Shown here in pieces: positions 41,841-53,012 of a stretch of 64,000 nt of DNA. The translations under genes were made by a program, and so were the position numbers. The notes under the pieces are model-generated. The model was not told the DNA's origin. It was given only the letters and a program-made list of their open reading frames with translations, and searched no databases. Source of the stretch: an uncultured Flavobacteriaceae bacterium. Lineage in GTDB: Bacteria > Bacteroidota > Bacteroidia > Flavobacteriales > Flavobacteriaceae. The stretch is taken from positions 368,242-432,241 of the forward strand of contig CAWCNT010000013.1 of NCBI GenBank assembly GCA_963796935.1. The letters run 5' to 3'. Position 1 is the stretch's first letter. The number at the start of each line of letters is the position of its first letter.

Positions 41841-43373
41841 ATGGATAAGACTGAAAGTCAAATGTTGATCATTTTCGGAGCTTCTGGTGATCTCACCGCT
41901 CGTAAATTGATCCCTGCTTTGTTTAATTTATATCAGGGCCAGTATTTACCAAAGAATTTTTCGGTTCTCGGTGTAAGCAGGTCACCGCTGTCAGATTCAG
42001 ATTTCAGAGATAAGGTAGTAAAGCAAAGTACTTACTTAAAAAAAGATATGGATGGGAAGGGGGCTGACTTTATTAGTCAATTCTCAGACAAATTATTCTA
42101 TCAAGATATTGGTTCTTCTTATGAAGAGCCCTACACCGCACTGGCAGAAAGGATCAATAACTTAAATTCAGAATTTCAAACTGGACATAACTTTATTTTT
42201 TATCTCTCAACACCTCCCAATATTTATGAGGTAGTAGCAAAGAATCTTTGTGAACAAGGCTTAACTGTTCAGGACAAGGGCTGGAAACGACTAATTGTAG
42301 AAAAACCATTTGGGTATGACCTGGAGTCTGCCAAGAATCTAAATCATAATCTGCATAAATATTTTAAGGAAAAACAAATTTTCAGAATTGATCATTATTT
42401 AGGAAAGGAAACTGTTCAAAATCTGCTTGTTACTCGCTTCGCCAATAGCATCTTTGAGCCATTGTGGAACCGGAATTATATTCAGCACGTGGAGATCACT
42501 AATGCCGAAAGCGTAGGGGTGGAGAAGCGTGGAGGATATTATGATAGTTCTGGTGCCTTGCGGGATATGTTTCAAAATCATTTGCTTCAAATTGTTTCTC
42601 TAGTGGTAATGGAGCCTCCAATTGGTTCAACAGCAGAGGAGATAAGGAATGAGAAGGTGAAAGCGCTCAAATCCCTCAGAATTGTAAAAGATCATAAAAC
42701 CCTTAACGAAAATACCATACGAGGGCAGTATTTGGCAGCCACTATCAATGGAGAAAAAGTAAAAGGATACAGGGAAGAAGACGGCGTAGATCCTAATTCT
42801 ACGACCGAAACTTTTGTGGCACTAAAGTTTTTTGTCGACAATTGGAGATGGAAAGATGTGCCATTTTATGTGAGGACCGCAAAGCGGATGCCCACTAAAG
42901 TGACAGAGATCGTTATTCATTTCAAACCACCTCACCACCACATTTTTGTGGATGCGGGTTTAAATAACAAGGATAATAAACTAATAATTCGGATTCAACC
43001 AGACGAAGGAATCCTCATAAAATTTGGTGTAAAGGTCCCTGGTCTTGGGTTTAAGGTAGAACGTGCTAATTTGGATTTCTATTACTCCAGTCTGGAAGGA
43101 ACAAATCTAATGGCTGCTTATGAAAGACTCTTATTAGACGCTATGCAGGGCGATGCAACTTTGTATGCCCGTGCAGATGAGGTTGAAGCGGCCTGGGAAT
43201 TTGTAGATCCCATCCTGGAGTACTGGAAAACAAACAAAGATGCAAAGATCTATGGCTATTCTGCCGGTGTGTGGGGTCCACAGAATGAAGATGCTCTGAT
43301 GGAAGGTAAGTATACCTGGCGTAATCCGGGTGCAAATCTCGCCGATGATCCCGAATTCTGTGTAATAAAATAG
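41841..43373 (+). CDS. zwf: Glucose-6-phosphate dehydrogenase
   Basis: Motifs GASGDL, EKPFG, RIDHYLGKE, RDMFQNH; likely start is ATG 41841. Confidence 0.96.
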   Translation: MDKTESQMLIIFGASGDLTARKLIPALFNLYQGQYLPKNFSVLGVSRSPLSDSDFRDKVVKQSTYLKKDMDGKGADFISQFSDKLFYQDIGSSYEEPYTALAERINNLNSEFQTGHNFIFYLSTPPNIYEVVAKNLCEQGLTVQDKGWKRLIVEKPFGYDLESAKNLNHNLHKYFKEKQIFRIDHYLGKETVQNLLVTRFANSIFEPLWNRNYIQHVEITNAESVGVEKRGGYYDSSGALRDMFQNHLLQIVSLVVMEPPIGSTAEEIRNEKVKALKSLRIVKDHKTLNENTIRGQYLAATINGEKVKGYREEDGVDPNSTTETFVALKFFVDNWRWKDVPFYVRTAKRMPTKVTEIVIHFKPPHHHIFVDAGLNNKDNKLIIRIQPDEGILIKFGVKVPGLGFKVERANLDFYYSSLEGTNLMAAYERLLLDAMQGDATLYARADEVEAAWEFVDPILEYWKTNKDAKIYGYSAGVWGPQNEDALMEGKYTWRNPGANLADDPEFCVIK

Positions 43374-43378
43374 AATAT

Positions 43379-44089
43379 ATGGACCTACAAATTTATAATA
43401 CAAAAGAAGTAGTGGCTCGCAACTTTGCGGAGTATCTGGAGAATTGGATAAAAGAAAAAGAAAAGGTGCATCTGGCACTATCTGGCGGAAGTACGCCTAA
43501 GATCGTTTTTGATGAGCTCTCCAATACTGAGAAATATAAGATCAACTGGTCCAAGGTTCATTTATATTGGGGTGACGAGCGCTGCGTTCCTCCATCAGAT
43601 GAACAGAGTAATTACAAGATGACAGTAGCGCATTTATTGGAAAATATAGACATTCCTTCTAAGAATATTCATCGTGTCTTAGGGGAGAATGATCCTAAAA
43701 AAGAAGCTATACGTTATGGAGAAGTATTGGCTAAAAATCTTCCTTTGAATAATGAGGTGCCGGTTTTTGATATGGTCATCCTGGGAATGGGAGAAGATGG
43801 ACACACCGCTTCCATTTTCCCACATGAAATAGGCTTGTGGCACTCAAAAAATACATGTGAAGTAGCCATTCACCCAGACTCCGGGCAAAAACGAATTACT
43901 ATCACAGGGAAGGTTATCAATCATAGTAAAACAGTAATATTTTTGGTGACAGGTGGTGGGAAAAAAGAAAAGGTAGCAGAGATCATTCATAAAAAGGGGG
44001 ACTATCAAAAGTACCCTGCCTCTTGTGTAGCTCCTCAAAGCGGAAACCTTATTTGGTTTCTCGATGCAGAGGCGGCAGCGGGCTTATAA
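43379..44089 (+). CDS. pgl: 6-phosphogluconolactonase
   Basis: Motifs LSGGSTP, WGDERCVP, LGMGEDGHTASIFP. Confidence 0.95.
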   Translation: MDLQIYNTKEVVARNFAEYLENWIKEKEKVHLALSGGSTPKIVFDELSNTEKYKINWSKVHLYWGDERCVPPSDEQSNYKMTVAHLLENIDIPSKNIHRVLGENDPKKEAIRYGEVLAKNLPLNNEVPVFDMVILGMGEDGHTASIFPHEIGLWHSKNTCEVAIHPDSGQKRITITGKVINHSKTVIFLVTGGGKKEKVAEIIHKKGDYQKYPASCVAPQSGNLIWFLDAEAAAGL

Positions 44090-44094
44090 TCTGA

Positions 44095-45444
44095 TCAAAG
44101 CTCCAAGGAAGAATGCTCTTCATCATAATCGCTTTCCTTCGCTCTTTTTAAGATAGAATCAGGGATCGATTTTTTTGCTTTGGCCCCCATTTTCTTTAAT
44201 TTTTCAATGCTCGTAATAATATTGCCTCTACCTTCTACAAGTTTGTTCATAGCTCCGCGATATTCAATTTTGGCATCGTCCATCTTTTTACCAACTTTTG
44301 TCAGATCTGAAACAAATCCTTCAAATTTATCATAAAGTGCTCCCGCTTGCCTGGCTATTTCTATAGCATTTCGCTGTTGTTTCTCATTATTCCACATAGA
44401 ATCTATGGTTCTTAATGTGGCTAAGAGGGTAGAAGGGGTAACGATCACAATGTTCTTTTCAAAAGCATTGTTATACAAACTTGTATCCTTGTTAATTGCA
44501 GCAGAAAAAGCAGTTTCTATGGGTACAAACATCAATACAAAGTCTGGACTTTCCATCTCATATAGGTCTTCGTATTTTTTTGCTGAAAGTTGATCCACAT
44601 GCTTTTTTAAGGAATTGATATGGTCCTTGAGATATTTCTCCTGCAGATCTTCATCTGCATTTACAAAACGTTCATAATCTGTGAGGGATACCTTGGAATC
44701 TATGACCATTTTCTTTCCATCTGGTAAGTTGATCACCACATCTGGTAATACTCTGCTGCCATCTTTGGTAGTAAAACTTTGCTGAACTGTGTACTCCCTG
44801 TCTTTTTCGAGCCCAGATTTTTCAAGAACCCTCTCTAAGACCAGTTCTCCCCAGTTTCCTTGCATCTTGCTATCACCTTTTAGGGCTTTGGTCAGATTCT
44901 CAGCCTCTTTGCTGATCTTAATATTTTGATTTTGAAGGTTGAGAAGTTGTTCTCTCAAAGCAGAATTGATACTTATATTTTCCTTCTGACTATCCTCTAC
45001 TTTCTTCTCGAAGAGCTGAATTTTTTCTTGCAGAGGATTAAGGATGTTTTTTATATTCTTTTGATTTTGTTCTGTAAATTTCAGACTCTTTTCATCCAGG
45101 ATCTTATTGGCAAGGTTTTCAAATTCCTTGGTAAATTTTTCCTGTAATTTAGAAACTTCTTCTTTTTGCTCTGTGTTTTTTAATTGCAGATTTTCCATGT
45201 CGGCTTCAAACCTCGTGATCTGCTGCGCCAGGGTTGAATTAACTTCTCGAAGTTCTCTTGTACTCTCTATTTCCACCTGAAGGCGCTCATCCAGTGCCTC
45301 CAAATTTAAACGCAGTTGTTTCTCTCGTTCCTCCAGGGTACTTTGACTCGATCTTCTTTTGAGACGTTCTATATAATTTCCTAGAAAAAAGCCAAGGAGC
45401 GCAGCAATAATTGCAATAATTGCCGTTAAGACAACGGTATTCAT
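44095..45444 (-). CDS. rmuC: DNA recombination protein RmuC
   Basis: N-terminal TM and coiled coil; motifs QGNWGE, PDVVINLP, IDSKVSL, FVLMFVP. Confidence 0.93.
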   Translation of the reverse strand: MNTVVLTAIIAIIAALLGFFLGNYIERLKRRSSQSTLEEREKQLRLNLEALDERLQVEIESTRELREVNSTLAQQITRFEADMENLQLKNTEQKEEVSKLQEKFTKEFENLANKILDEKSLKFTEQNQKNIKNILNPLQEKIQLFEKKVEDSQKENISINSALREQLLNLQNQNIKISKEAENLTKALKGDSKMQGNWGELVLERVLEKSGLEKDREYTVQQSFTTKDGSRVLPDVVINLPDGKKMVIDSKVSLTDYERFVNADEDLQEKYLKDHINSLKKHVDQLSAKKYEDLYEMESPDFVLMFVPIETAFSAAINKDTSLYNNAFEKNIVIVTPSTLLATLRTIDSMWNNEKQQRNAIEIARQAGALYDKFEGFVSDLTKVGKKMDDAKIEYRGAMNKLVEGRGNIITSIEKLKKMGAKAKKSIPDSILKRAKESDYDEEHSSLEL

Positions 45445-45504
45445 CTTTTATTTTATTTCTAGTAAAGATAGGAGTTTAGGGTTAAATAGAAGGGTATTAC
45501 CTGC

Positions 45505-46287
45505 TCAGTTTTTGATCTTAAAGGAACCGGTTTTTGTATCAAAGCCAATAAGGTCTGAAGGGAACAATCCTTGAAAACTTTCATTTTCTATTAGTTCACA
45601 TGGGGTGCCAAAGTGACTCTCTGGATGATCGAGGATCAGCATCTTATCACACAATTGAATGGCCAGGTCTATTTCATGAGTTGTATATACCACCGTCTTT
45701 TGTAATTCATGAGCAATGTGCTTCATGGTCTTTAAAACTTGTACCTTATGGTATAGATCCAGGTGGGTAGTAGGCTCATCCAGTAAAATAATAGGAGTGT
45801 CCTGTGCCAGTGCTCTGGCGATCAGCACTTTTTGCAGTTGACCATCACTTAATTCAAAACACTTTCTGTCTTGAAAGGATTCCAGGCCAATTTTTTCAAT
45901 GGCTTCTTCTATGATCCGGTTATCTTCTTCCTTTAAAATCCCCAGCCAGTTAGTATAAGGTTGTCTTCCTAAACTAATAAGCTCTTTTACTGTTAGATTC
46001 TTGCTGGCTAATGGATCAGTGAGCACAATGCTCATTTCGGTAGCCAGTCTCTGTCCTGATATGGACTCTAAAGCTTCGCCATTGATTAAAATAGTACCGG
46101 CCAATTTGCTCTGAACACCTCCCAATGTTCTAAGTAAGGTAGATTTTCCAATCCCGTTGACGCCAATAATAGCTGTAAATTCTCCTTTTTTTAGTGATAA
46201 ATTAAGGTCACTCACCACCACATGTGTCTCCCTGTGATTACCTGGGTAACCTATACTTAAATTTTGAATTTCTAGGGTTGACTTCAT
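45505..46287 (-). CDS. ABC ATPase, cobalamin/siderophore type (BtuD/FecE-like)
   Basis: Motifs GVNGIGKST, LSDGQ, LLDEPTTHLD. Confidence 0.88.
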   Translation of the reverse strand: MKSTLEIQNLSIGYPGNHRETHVVVSDLNLSLKKGEFTAIIGVNGIGKSTLLRTLGGVQSKLAGTILINGEALESISGQRLATEMSIVLTDPLASKNLTVKELISLGRQPYTNWLGILKEEDNRIIEEAIEKIGLESFQDRKCFELSDGQLQKVLIARALAQDTPIILLDEPTTHLDLYHKVQVLKTMKHIAHELQKTVVYTTHEIDLAIQLCDKMLILDHPESHFGTPCELIENESFQGLFPSDLIGFDTKTGSFKIKN

Positions 46288-46381
46288 TTTAATTTCAACA
46301 GTGATTGTGTCTAATACAGCTTATGGCGAATGTACTTATATTCAAATAAAATTTATTAGTGTTTGAGTCGCCCAATAGTAA

Positions 46382-47401
46382 TTAAAATATCATTTTTCGT
46401 TTTCTTACCAACAACCAAATTACAATTGGAGCTCCCACAATAGATGTAATGGCGTTGATGGGCAAGACATAAGAAGAACTTGGTAATTGAGCAATAGTAT
46501 CGCATATGAGCAATAGAATTGCGCCATAGACAATAACTCCTGGCACTAATATTTTATGATCGGTAGTATTAAAGAGCTGCCGGGTTAAATGTGGTACGGC
46601 TAAACCAATAAAAGCTATGGGTCCTGCAAAGGCCGTCACAGAACCGGCTAATAGTCCGGTTGCGAGGATGATCAAAAATCTGGCTTGCTTAATCTTAACC
46701 CCCAGGCTCTTCGCATAGTTTTCACCTAATAGCAGAGCGTTTAAGGATTTTATGGAAAGAATACTTAGCAGAAGACCTAAAAGGCATATTACGGTCAATA
46801 AGATCACCTGGGAGCTGCTTAAATTTCCTACCGTACCAAAGGACCAATAAATATATTGTTGCAGTTCTTCCGCCTGGGCAAAATAGGAAAGAACGGTAAC
46901 TACTGCTGCCGTGATGCTCCCAAACATTAATCCTATGATCAAAAGGGCCATAGTATCTTTTACTTTCCGTGCCATCGCAATAACTGCTAGTAGTACCAGT
47001 ACACTGCCTATACTAGATGCAATGGCGAGTGATAAATCGTTTACCAAAAAAACACCCAAAGAAAAGACTCCACTGCCCATAATTAGGAAGGCTGCTCCTA
47101 AACTAGCCCCGGAACTTATTCCCAAAACAAAAGGACCGGCCAGTGGATTTCGAAACAAGGTTTGCATCAATAGTCCACTTAATGAAAGTCCACTTCCAAC
47201 GAGGATTGCCGTAAAGGCCTTAGGTAGTCTGTATTCCCAAATAATGTAAGACCAGGAGTCATTAGAGGTAACACCGGTGAATAGTTCTTTTATGGTTGCA
47301 GAAAAAGGGATCTCAACAGAACCAAAGCTAATATTGATCCCAAAGCTCACTAATAGCAGGAGAAATAATAATAGAAATCGATATGGGTATGTACCTTTCA
47401 A
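46382..47401 (-). CDS. FecCD/BtuC-family permease
   Basis: Motifs QTLFRNPLAGPFVLGISSGA and GPIAFIGLAVPH. Confidence 0.9.
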   Translation of the reverse strand: MKGTYPYRFLLLFLLLLVSFGINISFGSVEIPFSATIKELFTGVTSNDSWSYIIWEYRLPKAFTAILVGSGLSLSGLLMQTLFRNPLAGPFVLGISSGASLGAAFLIMGSGVFSLGVFLVNDLSLAIASSIGSVLVLLAVIAMARKVKDTMALLIIGLMFGSITAAVVTVLSYFAQAEELQQYIYWSFGTVGNLSSSQVILLTVICLLGLLLSILSIKSLNALLLGENYAKSLGVKIKQARFLIILATGLLAGSVTAFAGPIAFIGLAVPHLTRQLFNTTDHKILVPGVIVYGAILLLICDTIAQLPSSSYVLPINAITSIVGAPIVIWLLVRKRKMIF

Positions 47402-48562
47402 TTAGTGTAATGGCTTAAAGAAAAATAAGTTGTGTTCTGGTAAAACTTCCGGATGAAAGATATGGATTAGGTCTTTCAGTATCAAATCTGGTCTGTTAGG
47501 ACCCAGTTCAAAGAAAATAAATCCGCCTGTTTCACCCTTGCTCCTGGCGTAGGTATATATCTTTTTATTCTCAAGCGCTTTGAATTGGAGATAATGGGAA
47601 TTTGCCTCTTCTAGTTCGGCATAAGAAGTAAATTGGGAAGGAGATATCCAATAATCAGCATTCATAGCCTGGGCCAATACACTTTCAAGGCTTAAGGAAA
47701 GGCTTCCGCTTTCCTCCGATTCTTCCCATAGATATCTGGCATTTGCATCTTCAATGAACTGTGCTGCCCAACTATTACCTCCCGGGGCATACCAAACATC
47801 CTTATAAAGTGCACCACTCATTACGGTGGGGATATTACTCGCTTTTTTTGCTAATTCTTTTGCTTGTTTGTAGGCCTCAGCGATAGAATCGAAAAGGATC
47901 TCTGCATTTTCTTCCATCTGAAAGAAAGGTGCAAAGAATTTGATCCATTCCGCTTTGCCAAGTGGTGTTTGCTCTGTCCAGTCTCCGTTATAGACTACAG
48001 GTATCCCTGCTCTCTTTAGCGTTTCATAGGCCTTATTCTCAGAGGAGATACTAAAGCCAACCACCACTTCAGGTTTTAAGCGAAGGGTCATTTCAGTATT
48101 CATCATTTCATTATTGCCGAGGTTGATCACTTTACCGGCAGCTACTCTTGCTCTGGTATTTTCGGATGAAATGTAGTCTATTCCAGGAAAACCGGATAAA
48201 CGATCGCCAACCCCAAGTGCTTCCAGAGCCGGTATATGAGTTGTGGACGTAACCACCAGGTTTTCTATTGGAACCGGGATCACTGCATCGAAAAGGGAAG
48301 GGTCTATTTGCACTTCAGCTAACTTTTCCTTTGGCACTAAGGCATAGATAAAACTTTTATCGGCCCCTGGCCAGGGAGAATTCACTGTAATAACAGTGAC
48401 ACCATCTCTGGTTTTATGCACTTTAAATCCTTTAGCATGAGCTATGGTAGATTCACTATTATCGAGAAGTTCTACCGAGGAAGTACCATCATTGCTTTCG
48501 GAATTCTTGCAAGCAAAAAGGCCTATCATCAGTAGAAAAAAGAAGTAAAATCTCATGGACAT
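47402..48562 (-). CDS. BtuF-like substrate-binding lipoprotein
   Basis: Lipobox LFAC; motifs PLGKAEWIKF and RPDLILKDLI; TACTTTTG -7 element at 48577-48584. Confidence 0.85.
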   Translation of the reverse strand: MSMRFYFFFLLMIGLFACKNSESNDGTSSVELLDNSESTIAHAKGFKVHKTRDGVTVITVNSPWPGADKSFIYALVPKEKLAEVQIDPSLFDAVIPVPIENLVVTSTTHIPALEALGVGDRLSGFPGIDYISSENTRARVAAGKVINLGNNEMMNTEMTLRLKPEVVVGFSISSENKAYETLKRAGIPVVYNGDWTEQTPLGKAEWIKFFAPFFQMEENAEILFDSIAEAYKQAKELAKKASNIPTVMSGALYKDVWYAPGGNSWAAQFIEDANARYLWEESEESGSLSLSLESVLAQAMNADYWISPSQFTSYAELEEANSHYLQFKALENKKIYTYARSKGETGGFIFFELGPNRPDLILKDLIHIFHPEVLPEHNLFFFKPLH

Positions 48563-48639
48563 TTGATCAGAAATATCAAAAGTAAGCTTAATTATACTGA
48601 GTCAAAAAGAATAGGGAATTTGTTTATCTTCGCCCCGAA

Positions 48640-48830
48640 GTTTGGTTGCTGCCTACGCTATGAGGCGGCATTAAAAGGGAATCTGGTATAAGTCCAGAAC
48701 TGTTCCCGCAACTGTAAGCTCAGTAGAACCTAGTAGTAGGAGCTATGTTTGTCATCTCTTCAATACCACTGTCTTTTAACATCTAAGATGGGAAGGTGGA
48801 TGCCAAAACGCAAGTCAGGAGACCTGCCAA
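48640..48830 (+). ncRNA. Cobalamin (AdoCbl) riboswitch
   Basis: Conserved cores AAAAGGGAATCTGGT..AAGTCCAGAACTGTTCCCGCAACTGTAA, CCACTG...GGGAAGG, and B12 box AAGTCAGGAGACCTGCC; sits upstream of a TonB receptor. Confidence 0.95.
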
Positions 48831-48916
48831 TTTCAAAAAAACGTTGTATAACTTTCGGGAGAAAAGTTTACGTATGTATACCTCATACGCTCCTCCGATT
48901 TTAGGAAGATTAATCA

Positions 48917-50782
48917 GTGAATAAAAAATTATGGAAGGCCTGTGTTCTTATGATCATTGGCACATCAATGTGGGCACAAAATGGAATCAAAGATTCGATT
49001 AAAGTTCAAGAATTAGAGGAAGTGGTGGTAAGTGACACGCGATTTCCTATTAGAAGAGAAAATTCAGGGAAGACAGTTATAAAAATAGGTCCGGAAGAAC
49101 TCTCCAGAAATCAGGGTAAATCCCTGTCAGAGATCATCAATACAAAAAGCGGGATAGAGATCTCAGGAAGTAGGGGGCGCCCGGGGGAGATTCTGGGAGT
49201 TTTTATACGAGGGGGACGAGGGAAACAAGTTATTGTGGTAATAGATGGAATAAGGGTTTCAGATCCATCTTCATTTTCCCAGGAATACGACCTGCGCCTA
49301 TTGCCAACTTCCAGCATTGAGTCTGTTGAGATCATTAAAGGCGCTTCCAGTACATTGTATGGCGCTAATGCTGCCACGGCAGTCATTAATATTACCACCA
49401 AAGATGCTTCCGGGAAGAAAATTGCCGGAACTTTCCAATCGTCTATGGGAAGTAACCAAACCACCAAAGACCAGAGATACCGCCTAAATTCTTTTACAAA
49501 TAGTGCAAGAATAGACGGGACAATAGACAAATGGGATTATACCCTGGGATTCAGTCATAGGTTTGCAGATGGATTATCTTCCATCAATACTGCTACAGAT
49601 GAGGCAGATCCTTTTTCTACGGTACAAACAGATCTAAAGATTGGGTATAGTTTTAGTCCGAAGTTTAAGACCAGTTTCTATGGAAGTCAGTCTAAGTTAA
49701 GAGCAGCCTATGATGAATCTTTTGGTATGGTGGATGCGCCATATTCTTTTGAAAGTGTTCAGGAAAGGATAGGATCAACTTCTCAATTTATATATGGGTC
49801 AGGATCTACTACTTTGAATGTAGCCTATGCTTCATACTACTCAGAAAATTTTAGCGCTTTCCCGGGTTCATTTCGTGGACAAAATGTAATAGGTGATCTA
49901 TTCAATAAAAATACGTTTGCTAAGTTCCTCACAATCGTAGGGGTCAATTACAATCTTGAAAAAACAGAATTTGATAATACCCGTCAATTTACATTCGTAG
50001 ATCCTTATGCATCAATTGTATATCTCGGGTCTCAAGGATTTCAGATAAATATAGGAGGCCGATTAAACAATCATTCGGAATATGGCAGTCAGTTTGTTTA
50101 TACGTTAAATCCAAGCTATACCTTGAAAAATAAGAATGGCTATGTGAAATTTCTTGGAAGCTATGCAACTGCCTACATTACTCCTTCTTTAACCCAATTA
50201 TTTGGTCAGTTCGGAGCTAATCCTGATCTAAAGCCAGAATCTAACCGAACTATTGAGTTGGGAGTAGAATACTCAATCACCAATAAGCTGAGGGCGAGTG
50301 CTCTTTATTTTGACAGAAAAGAAGAAGACTTTGTGTTTTTTGACAATGCCAGTTTTCAATATGGCAATGCAGCAAATACCATCAATGCAAAAGGCCTGGA
50401 AATGGAATTAAATTGGTATCCTATGAGCACCTTGACCGTAGAGGCTAATTATACTTTTATAGAGAGAACAGGGGACAATGCTATCCGCATTCCTAAACAT
50501 AAGGTAAATACGAGTGTTGGCTATCAGCTTTGTGAATCCTGGTATGCCGCGGTGAGCTATGCTTATACAGGTGCCAGAGCAGATACAGATTTTGGGACAT
50601 TTACGGATATAACATTAGATCCATTCGGACTCCTTGGTTTTTACACCTCCTATACGGTGATACCAAATAGATTTACCGTCTTTCTCAATGGGGATAACCT
50701 GTTAAATGAATCTTATACCGAAGTATTTGGTTTTAATACCCGGGGCAGAAACATAGGTGTCGGTTTAACGCTAAAGCTTTAA
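48917..50782 (+). CDS. btuB: TonB-dependent cobalamin receptor (GTG start)
   Basis: Motifs LEEVVVS, plug IRGG...VIDGI, IESVEIIKGASSTLYG, NPDLKPE, NLLN; follows the B12 riboswitch. Confidence 0.85.
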   Translation: MNKKLWKACVLMIIGTSMWAQNGIKDSIKVQELEEVVVSDTRFPIRRENSGKTVIKIGPEELSRNQGKSLSEIINTKSGIEISGSRGRPGEILGVFIRGGRGKQVIVVIDGIRVSDPSSFSQEYDLRLLPTSSIESVEIIKGASSTLYGANAATAVINITTKDASGKKIAGTFQSSMGSNQTTKDQRYRLNSFTNSARIDGTIDKWDYTLGFSHRFADGLSSINTATDEADPFSTVQTDLKIGYSFSPKFKTSFYGSQSKLRAAYDESFGMVDAPYSFESVQERIGSTSQFIYGSGSTTLNVAYASYYSENFSAFPGSFRGQNVIGDLFNKNTFAKFLTIVGVNYNLEKTEFDNTRQFTFVDPYASIVYLGSQGFQINIGGRLNNHSEYGSQFVYTLNPSYTLKNKNGYVKFLGSYATAYITPSLTQLFGQFGANPDLKPESNRTIELGVEYSITNKLRASALYFDRKEEDFVFFDNASFQYGNAANTINAKGLEMELNWYPMSTLTVEANYTFIERTGDNAIRIPKHKVNTSVGYQLCESWYAAVSYAYTGARADTDFGTFTDITLDPFGLLGFYTSYTVIPNRFTVFLNGDNLLNESYTEVFGFNTRGRNIGVGLTLKL

Positions 50783-50791
50783 AATCGTAAA

Positions 50792-52271
50792 CTACTTTTC
50801 GTTTTTACTGATTGGCATTAAATTATCCATGATCAAAAGATCCTGATTAGGAGAAAATAAATCTGAGTCAGCAATAGGTTTAGCAGGCATTTGAACACTA
50901 AAATCGCGTTTCCCTGAAACTCCTGTAATATCTTCAATTGCCCGGGCCAATAATGGCTCATTCAGATCTCCAAGGATGCCAAGATTTAAGACATCTTCTG
51001 CCAATTCAATTTCCGGAGTAAATCCGGTTGTATAGTCTGAGAATCCAACGGCATTTTCCACTCTGCCAATGATAGCCTGGATAGCCCAGGAATTTTTTGG
51101 ATTAATAAATGATTCACGGGCAGCTGTATACACAAAGGGAAGACCGTCCCTGTTTGGATCATCTACCAGGGTTACAGAGAATTCATTCTTCCCGGTGGTG
51201 GTGGTTCCTACCTGAATAACATCTACATAAGGATCGAGTCCATTGATAATCAATTCGCTGGCTGAAGCAGACCTGTTTGTTGTTAGAACGTACACTCTGT
51301 TCAAATTAAGGCTATTTAGGGTAGTTCCATTAGACGTTTTGTCTCTAAAATTATCTTCAGCAGAAGAATTATAAACTTCCTGTAATTTAGGATTGTAGAT
51401 CCTGCGTAGAAACAGGTCATTCGTGTTGGTGCCATAGATCATGCTAGACAATAAAATGGCACTACTCACAAACCCTCCTCTATTATATCTAAGATCCAGC
51501 ACCAGATCAGTAATTCCCTGAGCTTTTAAGATCACCAAAAGCCTGGTTTAGCTGTTCATCATAATCTGTTAAAAAACGATTGTAATAGATATACCCAATT
51601 TTTTGTCCATTGACATCTATGGTATTCGTAATATAAATGGGATTTTCCTGGAAGTTCTCCTGCGCGGTGAGAGGCACATCCTTACCATTAGCTACAAAAG
51701 TGTCATTTTCATAATTCGCCATATTAAGGGTATAGGTGTCATTCTCTCCATATAATAGATCTATGTAATTACTTTCTGTAAGTTCGATACCATCTACACC
51801 ACTAAAAAATTCACCTCTGGAAATATCTTCCCCATCGGCATCTGAGTTAGGGGTAATATACCTGACATAGCCTGCAATCTGGTTTGTTCCATAGGCAATA
51901 AGGCCAAAACTCATGCCGTTACTTTTTGTTACACCGATTAATGAATTGGTAAATTCTTCGTAATCATCACTATAAAAGGTAAAACGATCTTCGCTAAACA
52001 AGAGTTGATTTTCCAAAAAGTCGGTCGGATTTGCCTCTGATTGAAGGAATTCTGTATACTCTGCATCACTGCTAAATCTGTCGTCTGCCAAATTAGGAAC
52101 TTCGGCTTGCCAGAAATACCACAAATTAAGTGACTTCCACATAAAATCCTGTATATCAAGATTGGCAGAAGGATCGGGTTTTGGTCCGCCTGGATTTAAA
52201 CTATCGTCATCTACGCTGCAGGAAAGGCCAACAAAAGCCGCCGCCAGCATGATCAATAAGCGCTTTTTCAT
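50792..52271 (-). CDS. S41-family peptidase lipoprotein, apparent frameshift at ~51535
   Basis: Lipobox GLSC, YFWQ, PDZ-like part, GYIYYN, then LVLDLRYNRGG, SASASEL, GTTTTGKN. Confidence 0.85.
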
Positions 52272-52419
52272 ATTTTCTTTTTTTTACTTGACTTCAAAAA
52301 TTATTCCAAAGGTATACTTAACCGAAGGTCTTTTTATACCTTGGGTGATAATAGACAATATCATGCGTAGGGAAGGTTATTAGAAGCTAAAGTAAGCAGA
52401 TATTAAAGAAGAAAAAAAA

Positions 52420-52451
52420 TTTTGTAACAATTTTCGTTATAGGTCGTCTTG
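52420..52451 (+). promoter_or_regulatory. Candidate autoregulatory ECF promoter of the second sigma factor
   Basis: TGTAAC (52423-52428)-N16-CGTC (52445-52448), the classic ECF AAC/CGT layout. Confidence 0.65.
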
Positions 52452-52502
52452 CTTATGTAACACACCTGTTAAATGGTCTATACAACCGCCGATCAACCAA
52501 GA

Positions 52503-53012
52503 ATGACACAAACAGAGTTTATTCAGATTGTAATGCCCTTTAAGGACAAATTGTACCGGCTGGCAAAAAGGTTGCTCGTGTCCTCCGAAGAAGCAGAAGA
52601 TGCCACTCAGGAAGTGTTGATGAAATTATGGGCTAAAAAGAAGGGAATGGGCAGGTACAGAAATGTGGAGGCCTTTGCGATGACGATGACCAAGAATTTT
52701 TGCCTGGACAGATTAAAATCCAAGCAATCTGGAAATTTAAAATTGGTTCATAGTAATTATGCAGATGAAAGTAAGTCGTTACAAAGACAGCTTGAAGTAA
52801 ATGACAGTCTGCAATGGGTAGAGAAGATCATGAATACCTTACCCGAGCAGCAAAAACTGGTATTGCAGTTACGAGATATTGAAGAATACAGTTTTGAAGA
52901 AATAGCAGAAATGCTGCAAATGCAGCCTAGTACCGTTAGGGTTACCTTATCTAGAGCCCGTAAAATGGTACGAGAAAAATTAATAGAAAAGCACAACTAT
53001 GGAATTAGATAG
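52503..53012 (+). CDS. ECF RNA polymerase sigma factor
   Basis: Motifs EAEDATQEVLMKLW, NFCLDRLK, YSFEEIAEML...VRVTLSRARK. Confidence 0.92.
   Translation: MTQTEFIQIVMPFKDKLYRLAKRLLVSSEEAEDATQEVLMKLWAKKKGMGRYRNVEAFAMTMTKNFCLDRLKSKQSGNLKLVHSNYADESKSLQRQLEVNDSLQWVEKIMNTLPEQQKLVLQLRDIEEYSFEEIAEMLQMQPSTVRVTLSRARKMVREKLIEKHNYGIR

Noticed and set aside
44095-45444. RmuC as a defence nuclease or mobile element marker
   Set aside because: It is a widespread housekeeping gene with no defence, integrase or repeat context here.
46324-46374. Hairpin GGCGA...TCGCC between the permease and ATPase genes
   Set aside because: Short, imperfect and AT-rich; not distinguishable from chance.
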